Source of the DNA: Sphyrna mokarran
Lineage: Eukaryota
DNA: 64,000 nucleotides
Direction of reading: 5' to 3'
Assembly: GCA_024679065.1 (NCBI GenBank)
Contig: JAGIQG010000016.1
Span: forward strand, 9,672,001-9,736,000
A model generated the notes under the pieces. It was given only the letters and a program-made list of their open reading frames with translations, was not told the origin of the DNA and did not search any database. Shown here in pieces: positions 53,752-64,000 of the stretch. A program made the position numbers and the translations under genes. Position 1 is the first letter of the stretch. Every line of letters begins with the position of its first letter.

Positions 53752-54729
53752 ACTCGTTTAATGCATATTCAAATTTCAGAAAAGCTGTGGGAACAAAATG
53801 AGCTTCTGTTTTAAATTTGAACCAATATTACAACTGTAGGATTTATTTATCGCAGGAAATAAATAATTGGCAATTTACTACAGTTCCTTTTTTGTATGCT
53901 CTCATGGTAAGCCGCTAGACGAGAGTAATTCCGTATTTGCATATAGGTATTCTGAAATAGTTGTGAACGTTAAGTTTGCATTAGCTGTAAATTCTGAAAA
54001 CCGCATTGAAAATGCAGCTGCATTTTACATGTAGTTCTGAGTTGAAAAGGCAATAGTTTAATGCGGTATATGACATAGATTCAAATCTTCATTGAGTTGT
54101 TTTATTAAATTTAATATCGTAACGTAATCACTAGCGAAACAAATTGAAGAAAAATGATCTGTAATTTGGTTCTGTATGTGCGCCCGAATTGAACAGAGTT
54201 GGACGCTTCAAACACAATTCTATGCAAACTGAGACCTGTGATAAATGTTGCATGCATTATAATTTCAACGGCTGCTCATAAAATAAATGATTGTCTGATT
54301 ACTGCAATATTCTCTTCTTTACATTTGCGAAATAATTCGTCTGAAGTAATATTAACGAAATGTATTATACTTACTATGTTTATGTTGTTATGGAATCGGA
54401 AGAGCTGCAGGATTTACCATGAAATTGTGAAGCCAATACTCGACAATTGACTTGTTTTGATATTGGTTGAACTGTCGACGGAGCTGGTGTTAAATTAAAT
54501 GGTTTTTTTTTCTTACCATTTGGCAAGATAATTTTGGATCCGGGATAAGATTTGGACACTGATCTCATGATATGTTCACTGAAGTAAACACAACGTCAAA
54601 GATAAGTTTGATGAATGGAAGTGCAAACAACAGCATTTCTGCAATTCTGTTTGTATTTGCGCATCGGACGCAGTGTTACAAATTGCAAAATTTGCTCGAG
54701 AACTCAACAGTCAGCCACATAGAGCCACA

Positions 54730-55650
54730 GATTCATAAAGGCTTACAGCATAGAAACAGGCCCTTCGACCCAGTTGTCCATGTCATGTCGTGTTTTGCTT
54801 TTTAAACACTTAGAATAATTTCAATTGCCCGCACGTGGCCCATATCCCTCTGTATCCATCGTGGCCATGTAACTATTTCAATGCTCTTTCTTAAAAGAGA
54901 AAAAAAAATGTACCCGCCCCTGCTAGTACCTCTGGCAGATTGTTCCAGACACTCGTCAGTCTCTCCGTAAACAACATGATGACTGAACACTTGTGTATCT
55001 TTCCTTTCTCATGTTAAACCTATGACATTTATTTTAGTCTCCGCTACCTTTGTGAAGTGATTGATATTGACTATCAATGTATCAATGCCCCTCATTATTT
55101 TATTGGCCTCTATAAGGTTACCCCACATCCTCTGAGAGAAATGTTCCAGTCTATTCAGCCTATCCTTATAACTCAATCCAAGTCCCGGTAGCAGCTTAGT
55201 AAATCTTTTCTTTACTCTTCCTAGTATAGTAGTGTCTTTTCTATAATAGGGTTAGGAAATTGCACACAGTATTCCATGTGTCCAAACCAATGTTTTGTAC
55301 AACGTTAAACAAAATGTCCCAAGTCTTGGACTCAATGTTCTGATCGATGAAACCAAGTATGCTGAAAGCCTTCTTCACCACTCTGTGCACGTGACTCGTT
55401 TTCAAGAGACTATGAACACGTACCTCGAGGTCTTTTTATTCTGTAACTCTACCCAGTGCCCGAAAATTAACTGAATAAGTCCTCCCCTGGTTCAATTTAC
55501 AAAAATGCATTATATCGCATTTGTCTAAATTAAACTTATCTGTCATTCGTTAGCCCACTTGTCCAATTAGTCACGTTCCCATTGCAATTGGAAATGCCAC
55601 CAGTCTTGGTGCCATCTGCAAACTTACTATTGACGCCCCTTATTATTTTC
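54730..55650 (-). mobile_element. CR1 3' part
   Basis: Runs from the 3' hairpin acagcatagaaacaggcccttcg to the reverse complement of SKFADGTKTGG at about 55600-55630. Confidence 0.85.
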
Positions 55651-55897
55651 TAAGGAAAACACATTTCATAATGTCTTAATAATGAACTGCAAATTCCAGT
55701 CATCAATTATATTAGTCGATAAATTGACCATTATTTTTGTGTTGCATTTTGTCATTTGTTTTCTTTGTTTTTTTTTTATCCCGCATCCCTCCATCCTTCT
55801 ACCTTATTCGTGCCTTCCCTCTTCATCTACCTCGTTCACACAATTCTGTAATATCACTTGCTCTATTGCTCTCCCTAACTGACTGTGCACTGAACAG

Positions 55898-55918
55898 AAC
55901 GAGCCCGCTGTCGGGAAG
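55898..55918 (+). CDS. 21-nt micro-exon (phase 1-1; ERARCRE)
   Basis: Long pyrimidine-rich tract, branch-point-like ctaac at 55875-55879, then tgaacag|AACGAGCCCGCTGTCGGGAAG|gtgagt. Confidence 0.7.
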
Positions 55919-56524
55919 GTGAGTATTCAGTGAATTCTATATTTTATATTATCATTGATGATCTTTTGAAGTCAATGTTGCTCGTTCTAGCAAAGTACAT
56001 TTGATATTGCTTTCACTATTCAAGTTTATTTTAGTCATGCGAGCAGTGTTTCAAAAGCCAATTTGTTCTTCGCTGAAGAGAATGTCAGGAAAAAAAAAAC
56101 AATGCAAACAAATGTCACAATGTCCGGTGTAATTGTAAAGATAGGGGTTAAATAAGCTTTCTAACATTACAATTACAGAGAGTTTTGGGCTGTCATGCAT
56201 ATGCGGATGGATGGGCAAACAATCTTTGCTATCCTTTTTTTTTGTTTTAGTTTCACAGCTTTTCATTTTTCCAACAGTTCAGGAGATGAAACGTAACGCA
56301 AGGTCACTGAGATTGCGAAACATCATACAACATAATACGAGGAACGTATCCTGCTTTCTGATGAGCAACTATTGCTCGGAAAGGGAGCTACGTTTTGCAC
56401 ATGCATTTAAAAACTCAAGCTGAATAGAAACAAAAACTGATAATTAAATAATTAACAGAAACATGAGCGAACTTCAGTCAAATATATAATGGACGACAAC
56501 ATATTATATGGGTGAATAAACAAC

Positions 56525-56567
<43 letters not shown>
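56525..56567 (+). repeat. (TA)n microsatellite
   Basis: Seen directly. Confidence 0.95.
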
Positions 56568-56570
<3 letters not shown>

Positions 56571-56589
56571 TGTGTGGTTGTGTATACGG

Positions 56590-59300
56590 AAATGACCACA
56601 TGCTGGCCCAGTTCTATTCCATCGTACATCTTGTCGTATAAGGGACAGGCATGAATAATAGTGATGTCTTGGTGAAACAAATGAATCTTACATGTCATCA
56701 GAAGCAAAACATTGATCCCCATCTTCAGCTAGGTGACTGTGGCAAACACAAGAGACTATTACATTTTTAGTTTCAAAGCTGATAGCATTTATGATATCAA
56801 ATAACAAGTACCACGCGGCCGAAGGCGAACTATTGTCGTTTTCACATTCAGGAAAATTTGGGTAGATCTTGCATAATTCCTGTGAGGTCAGGTATTGCAC
56901 ATGTTGCCAACATTCAAAGTCGAAGGTGAAAGACAAGGTTGTAAAACCGACATTTCGGAAATAGTGTACAGGAAAATCTAAATCGTCGAAGCCCCACCTA
57001 ACTCCGACAAGAAAAAAAAAACTGCATATAACAATGCCAAAATTGGAACGTATTAAATTATCCATACGGCATAATGGACGTCCAATATTAATGAAGATCG
57101 ACACAAGCACAGTCATATCCGTGGTGAGTGAAACAGTGTTCAACAAAACTCCCATTCAGCTCGAACCTTATCTTAGCAAGATATCGGCAAGAGTGTGGAT
57201 TTATGCAGGGGATCATTGGGAGTGTTCGGCACAACAAGTATTATTACTTGCCCGAATTTGAAATCATAAAAAAAATAGAAATTCTACAGAAGGAGGTCAT
57301 TTGGTCCATCGACTACGCACCCATAACAACCCCATCCAGCCCGTATCCCGTAACCACACGTATTTATCCTGCTAATCCTGATTATTGTACATATCGGTTG
57401 ACACTAAGAGGCTATTTAGCAGAGCCGATCAATCCTGCCCGCAAATCTTTGGGTTAGGTAACTTTGATTGCACTGGCATGTTCAGGCCGACTGGTGCGAA
57501 ATTAGCTGAAAGAGATGTAGATTCGTTATGATCACTGGGAACAATTTGTTTTCGCTTACATTGCATCTTCATAAGTACAGGGCGCAATTCTTGCACACAG
57601 ATGCTCAAATGCATAGGAAAGCCAATAAGATGTGTCGACAGGACCTGAGCAATGGTGGGACGGAAGGACATCCAGATCATAAGAAGGATTCACTTTAGTT
57701 TTAGCAGTAAAGTAATTCCACCAGTGCGTATATAGGCACAAACCACTGCTTGGTCTTACCAAGGGCAAATTAGCACTATTACCAATAGCGTCAGTTCGAA
57801 TACAATGCTAGCATTATTACACGTAAAATGTCGATATCAACTGGAGCACCAGGTGAGAACTCTCTTGGCAAGTGCCGCCGTCCTAAGCAAGCTATCTTTA
57901 CCAGACATTCCACCGCTGGCACCCAAGTAGATGAAACGGAGATGAAGCTGAATATATTGAATACTTTCCGGTGTCCACACAACACAGACGTCTATGGGGA
58001 AAAAAAGGAACAGGCAGTGGCAAAAATAAAACATCTGGCGATAAAAGTGAAATGGAAAGTTCAGTATAGCTGCAATACTACCCACATTGGAAAAGAAGAG
58101 CACTGAACATGATAGAAGACGGTATACTGATATGTGATTAGTAGTGGGGGCGGGGGGCGGCACGGGTTCATACGTCGAGTGGTCGGGCCTGAGCGCAGGT
58201 ATAGCGATATCTGTAGGTCTGTGCGAAGAATGCCAGCAAGCAAATAAGTTGCAACCGGCAGCCCCACTGCACCCATGGAAATAGCCACGTGGACCGTGAA
58301 CGCGACTTCACGTCGACCTTTCAGCTCACTTTATGGAGTCCATTTTATTCTTTTGGTAAACTTGAAAGCACTCTCAAAATGAGTGAGCGTCCACAAGTTC
58401 AACTCGGCAAACAAACCAAGCATCGAGAATATGTGCACCTTGTTGCAAACAATAGAATTTCGAAGATGTGAGTTATAGGCAATGGATTGGTCTCCAACAG
58501 CCAAGTGTTTACAAGATTTATGCAGATAATCAGGATTCAGCACTTAAAGACAACTTGCAAATAGTATCAATTGGGCTGGCAAAGAAATCTTTCCACGCTT
58601 AAAATTTGCTGGGAAACACAAGCAAGCAATGGCCTCACTGCACAGCAATGACTCCTGCTGGTGATTTGATTGTTGGATAACACCTCTCATCATCACCACG
58701 GCACAACCCGACATGGGTACATGACTCTGAACGGGTTGAGCTGCTGCTGACAAACCTGGAGGAGCAGGTGGAAAAACAAACACGAAAAGTTCAAATAGCG
58801 GGGGTCATAACAACACTCCACAAGAGAAACACCTCGCTGTGAGAAAATTTGTGTAAGAAATTCATCCAATGGTTCCACATGTATACCAAGAACGGTCGAT
58901 CCAAGATGGGACCAGTTCCGAAACAGGTACACATGGGGCAAAGGTTCTTAGGAAAACACCTGGATCAGGTAATGGCCTCAAATTCACCACTCCAAACACC
59001 CAAATCAGTTCGCCTGTGAGAATATGAACGACTCGATTAAGGACTGAATAATTAGTTCAATCAAAGAGCATGTTAGTTTTTGTGAGATTCCAATCACAAA
59101 CCCCTAAGAAAGCCACACTATTTGTTGTTGTGAGGATTTAAATAAATGTGGTTTGAAGTCGGCACTTCTGCCTCTCATGAGGTATTACAACTTTTACCCG
59201 GTGTTGTGAGAAACACCACTGTGGAAGGGTATAGATCAAGACTAAGACTTGCAAAGAGAAAGATTGTATTGCAAAAGCAAAGCACTGGACAAAAATGTTT
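56590..59300 (+). mobile_element. Gypsy LTR retrotransposon remnant (heavily deleted)
   Basis: Protease IKLSIRHNGRPILMKIDTSTVISVVSETVFNK resembles NGHPILMEVDTGAAVSVVS. Downstream sequence appears to be decayed RT and integrase. Boundaries are uncertain. Confidence 0.7.
57320..57460 (-). mobile_element. HE1-type SINE 3' fragment inside the Gypsy remnant
   Basis: acaaccccatccagcccgtatcccgtaaccacacgtatttatcctgctaatcc..gacactaagaggctatttagc resembles 17900-18010. Confidence 0.7.
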
Positions 59301-60508
59301 CGCACTTTAATGCTAGAGATAATAACTAAGACGAGTTAGACTCAAGTTTGATGTTTAGTTTCGAAATACTTTATTGAAAGTAATTGAACATTCTCACATT
59401 CAATGAACAAATTCAAAGAACAAACAATGCAATCATCTTCTGTGTAATGTGGACTCCGTAGTGAAAGGAGGCAACTTGCAAACTTTTTGAAGATGAATCA
59501 CTCACAGGATAGCATAATGATTCGATATTCATCGTGCAGAAGCGGTGAAGGAGTTGGTGATGGCGGGAGGGGCGGCGGGGGGGAGGTTGAAGAATTTCCA
59601 GTGAATTTTCTTATATCACTCACATTGCAGAATAGATGTCATGAATCTTGAACATGCCACTGCATCGAACGCACAGCGGAACATTTGCGCCGCTGATTAA
59701 TAGCTCAGAGATGTTCTTCTTGAGTGCAATTCATTTCTATCCGGTCAATATTCACATCCTTAAACATGCAACTTGCTATGCATGACTTGATGTTGCTAGA
59801 AATAACCATTATTCGGTGCACGGATTTTCTCACACTCATTTCCCACTATATTCACTTTAAGCAAACCCAATTTCACTCATTATCTCTTCGATCTTATGGC
59901 GAATTATCATCACAATGATTGACAGTTTTTTTTTTTTAATATTGTGTGTTCCTTCTCAAGAGGCGATGTTTTGATGTTGCCAAATTGTTCATTCTGTTAG
60001 ATCACTTTGGAAAATGATGACCAGTTTATGGTCAATTGATTTGGGCATGTGTCTCATTCTTGCGTTCGGCGTTTTTTTTATATCTCTTGGTGATTCATTT
60101 TACTTCCCAAGTAGCTTTGCGAATCTTCAACTCATAGAGAAGTGTCTGAAAAAAAAACACGTTTCAACTTTTTTTCAATACACTTGTTATTTAAATGATT
60201 TCGACCATAGCCAAAATATAATAGCATTGTTTTTTTTTTCCAGATTAAAATGTGCTGCTCTTCTTGTTGTCCTTTTTACTGTTTCTAAAACTTCATTAAA
60301 GAAAAATCAATCTTTGTGCAGCCAGGTTTTCCTTTCGTTCTTCTTGACACTTATAACTGCGTCACTCAGTTCATTGCTTGATTGGAGCTTGTTTGCGCGA
60401 CTGTCATTGCTGTCTTAATAGTTAATTCACTGTCATTAACGCTCACATCATTTTCTTCAAAATATAGTCACTGAAAAATAATCACAAGTGTCCCTTTATC
60501 TTCCTAAG

Positions 60509-60529
60509 TCCTAGAAGACAAGAGACGAG
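60509..60529 (+). CDS. 21-nt micro-exon (phase 1-1; VLEDKRR)
   Basis: tccctttatcttcctaag|TCCTAGAAGACAAGAGACGAG|gtaagc. The phase-0 frame has a stop. Confidence 0.65.
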
Positions 60530-60916
60530 GTAAGCCGTTAAGAAGATTGTTTTCTTTAATAAGAATTCATATATGGCAGAATACATATATGGATTACTGT
60601 GTCTGGGGTCCTTGGGATTGGTGCAGTGGGTGGGGTGGGTTTTAATCTGAGCATTGTCTTTCTTAAACGACATGGTGTTGAAATTGGACTCTTCCCTTTC
60701 TTTGAAAATTTGAATATGAAGAAAGTGATTCTTTGAATTCACACTAGGCGAGCTTCTGTATCGTCCTTTGAACGAATCTCAACCTTTCCTTGATATGTGG
60801 TTGATAAAACTTTCCTACAACGTGGTGATTTTTGTTTAAATTTCTCTCATTGAAGCCTATTTCAAATTAGCGTTAAAGTAGAAGATTGGTCACCTGCTTG
60901 AACTTACTCCCCACAG

Positions 60917-60937
60917 ATTATAGAATACTAGAGTCCA
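60917..60937 (+). CDS. 21-nt micro-exon (phase 1-1; DYRILES)
   Basis: cttactccccacag|ATTATAGAATACTAGAGTCCA|gtaagt. Both other frames contain stops. Confidence 0.7.
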
Positions 60938-61151
60938 GTAAGTCAGAACATAATTCTTTGCATATATCTTTGAAGTAGGTGAGAATTTTCAATCAGATGG
61001 AGGATTAGTGAGATACTTAGGAAAAGTTTCATGTTCCCTCATTTGGATCTATTAAAATTAAATCTACAATCAAATTTTTGAATGTGCCAATCATATTTTT
61101 GTCTCGTCAGTTGCCCACCTTTTAATTACCAAACACTGTTTTGCTTTCAGT

Positions 61152-61153
<2 letters not shown>

Positions 61154-61186
<33 letters not shown>

Positions 61187-61232
61187 ATGTGTATGTGTGT
61201 GTGTGTGAGACAGAGAGAGGGAGAGAGAGAGA
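61154..61232 (+). repeat. (GT)n-(GA)n compound microsatellite
   Basis: Seen directly. Confidence 0.95.
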
Positions 61233-61839
61233 CAAGTTCATTTATTGAGAAAAAGAAATATCAAGATTTGTTCAAGTGTCATTAGAAAATACAGCCATGC
61301 GGACAATGCCAGATTTTTAAAAAAAGGCCCAGTTACATTTCAAAATGATTTTGGGGGACCATATGTTAATGGAAACTTTCTCAAGTGAGAAAATAAAGCG
61401 ATTGTTTTCAGTCGAAATGTGAGGGCAAGTATACTATGGAATGTTCTGGTTAAGACCCAAAACTCTTAACCAGTGAGCACCATGTTGCTTGCCAGAAAAA
61501 AAAAAAATAAATGAGCACTCGAATATTATCGGTGAATAAACGGTTGCCTCTGAGAGCTCATAATTTAAAGCATCCAATAGTAAGGAGTTAGCTAGTGGCA
61601 GTTATAATATTGGCACTGTTTTAATCGAATTTGTTTAAGGGTCATGCTATTAAAGCATTTATTGTTGTGTAGTTGTCGGAAAATCTCTCATAATTGCTGC
61701 ATCCAACAGAAGATGGTTGTTTCATGTAGCATATGTCACAATGATAAGTATTAGATGGATTCATGGAACCATAATACGATAATGCCATAAGCTCATAAAA
61801 GTAGGCCAGATGGCCGATCGAGTTGTTCTGATATTCAAT

Positions 61840-62500
61840 TAGAAATGGAATAGTTGCCATGCTCATTCTACTGCTTTCTCTCCACAAGCACTGATCCCAT
61901 TTGACATCAAGAGAATGTCTTTCTATGTCTCGAGTACAGGAAATGGCTGGCCTCCGCAGCCGTCCGTGGAAATCAGTTTGAAATATTCACATCCCTTTGG
62001 CCAGAAAAAAAACACCTTAGTTTTAAAGAGCACATTTTCATTCTGAGTGTCTGCTCTTCAGTTCTCGTGCTTCCAACTTGTGAAAGTGTCCTCTCCACAT
62101 CCCGTCTGTCTAGGCCTCTCAGTATTCCACAAGCTTCAATTAGATTTTTCTTATCCTTCTGAACTCAATAGATCATAGGGCCCAATATCCACAAACGCTC
62201 CTTATATGACAAATGCTTTATTTCTGGCATCATTCTTACGGATTCGTTCCACAGCTCGCACATTTTCCCTGTAAGGGGCTGAAAATTGTTTCCAGAATTC
62301 AAAATTGCCACATGATGAGATCCTTTTATTGCCTTTGCAGTGCATGCTAATACCTTGCATTCTAGCCCGGAAATGAATGCTAACATTGAGCTTGCCTTCC
62401 TAACTATCAATTGAGCACACATGTTCTCTAAAGAGAGACCTGAATCAGCATTGCCAAGTTACTTTGCTCTTCAGATTTCCGAATAAGTTCCAAATTTAGA
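61840..62500 (-). mobile_element. CR1 3' part, degenerate
   Basis: VRKASSMLAFISGLECK..MMPEIKHLSYKERLWILG. Confidence 0.8.
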
Positions 62501-62534
62501 AAAGTCATTCTTTTGAATGGCCTGCAATCCAAAG

Positions 62535-62561
62535 GTATATTTCAAAACTGTACTTTGTGCT
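62535..62561 (+). CDS. Candidate 27-nt micro-exon (phase 1-1; xIFQNCTLC)
   Basis: cctgcaatccaaag|GTATATTTCAAAACTGTACTTTGTGCT|gtaagt. The acceptor is weak. Confidence 0.35.
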
Positions 62562-63057
62562 GTAAGTGGCACCACACGCAGAAAAAGAAACCTGACATAT
62601 TTCTATTTTTAATCCCGTTTTCAATGCAAAATGCAAACACATAGATTTTTCACAGATGTTTGCTACTTATGACGTTGAGATCTGTTTAGGGGCATCCGAA
62701 AAAAACAGCTCTCTGTCAGAGTTCTGAAACCTATATTAAACTAAATGGCACAGTATTATTTTCTTTCCTGCCTAATCTGGAACATTTATTTTAATTATCT
62801 GTCATTTGTCTCTTTTACTTTTCATTTGTTTCAGCTTGCGTCCATTATTAGACCCCTTATGCCACAGCTTGGTGTTCCATCTGCTCTATGTTTTCACCAG
62901 CTGATGTACCAACGGTACATTGTATCCCACCGTCTGGCGAAGGTGTATTCAGCAGCAGCAAGTTCAGGTGCCAGAAGTTCCATTCACTCGTCACATTGTT
63001 TTTTTTTTGGAATTCGAGACTTTTTTTTTTGTTTGTTTGTTTTTGATGAACTCAGTC

Positions 63058-63630
63058 TAGAATCATAGAGATTTACAGCATGAAAACAACACGTCGGCCC
63101 AACTTGTCCATTCCACCCTTTTTAAATCCGTCACGTAGTCTCAATTATTTGCCTTTGACCCATATCCCTCTAAACCTATTTGTCCCTTGTAAATTCCTAA
63201 ACATTTTGTAAACGACACAATTTTACCCGCCTCTACTATTACACAATTGTACACGCCTCTACTATTACATATTCCAGGTCCTCACCATACTCTGTGTGAA
63301 AAAAAACTTGCCTCCCTGCGCTTCGCCCGTCTCTCCTTAAATCTATGCATTCTAACTTAAACTCCACTACTTTTGCCAAAGAATATTGACTATCTAGATG
63401 ATCTACGCCCGTCAGTATATTATAGAATTCGAAAGAATACCCTTAGGTATCCTGCACTCCAGAGGAAAATCAAAGTCAAAATCTACCCAGGCTGTCCTTG
63501 TAACTTAAAACATCAAATCCCAGTAGCATCCTAGAAATGTGTCCTGCGTGCTTTAATAATATCATTTTATAATGGGATGAAGAGAAGTGTACACATTCCA
63601 GCTGTGGCCTTTTCAATGTCTTGGTAGCCC
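63058..63630 (-). mobile_element. CR1 3' end
   Basis: tagaatcatagagatttacagcatgaaaacaacacgtcggcccaac tail; collinear with 54730-55300. Confidence 0.8.
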
Positions 63631-64000
63631 CCTGTTAGATAGTCATTCTTCTATTCACAAGAAAATGTTCGAAATTGCGCAGCGTGTGCTAATCCTAGAT
63701 CTGTGATCTTGCTAATTCCATTCAAGAAACATAATTGCAGCACATTCTAGTATCTGTTTAATGAAAACAATTCATAATTTCAGAAAAAAATACAAACGGT
63801 TATGCATTTTGTTTTATCGTATGCAGAAAACAAGGCTGACTGTCTAATGCCACTTAAATGTTTTAGTACAATGTTTTTAGTATTTTGAATACAGTTTCAA
63901 GCAATTTCAAAGGGCAGCTGCAAAGCTGGGTAGCGTGACGTTTCCTTCCCCCGACATTCCTTTACTGAAATGCAAAACAAGTAATTATCTGAGAGTCAAA

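Overview
This is AT-rich eukaryotic genomic DNA, almost certainly from a cartilaginous fish (shark). The assignment rests on HE1/V-SINE-type tRNA-derived SINEs, abundant CR1 LINE fragments and shark-type Penelope-like repeats. Roughly half of the window is transposon debris: many CR1 pieces (one young), three decayed Gypsy elements (one with Gmr1-type PR-IN-RT-RH order), a solo LTR, a decayed PIF/Harbinger transposon, Penelope-like palindromes with degenerate hammerhead cores, SINEs and microsatellites. Nearly all ORFs in the supplied track are TE-derived or spurious. I found no rRNA, tRNA gene or CRISPR array. The main hidden signal is a series of up to 12 plus-strand micro-exon candidates (seven of 21 nt, others of 15, 27 and 30 nt) spread over about 56 kb. 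All have AG/GT boundaries, and phase 1 is the only frame open across all of them. Spliced together they read as a Cys-containing heptad/coiled-coil-like peptide. The window therefore probably lies inside a large micro-exon gene with butyrophilin/BG/TSBP1-like exon architecture, whose identity cannot be determined from this window. A second notable structure is a pair of about 500-bp inverted arms at 42.9-44.8 kb. TE boundaries are approximate because they were read by eye.
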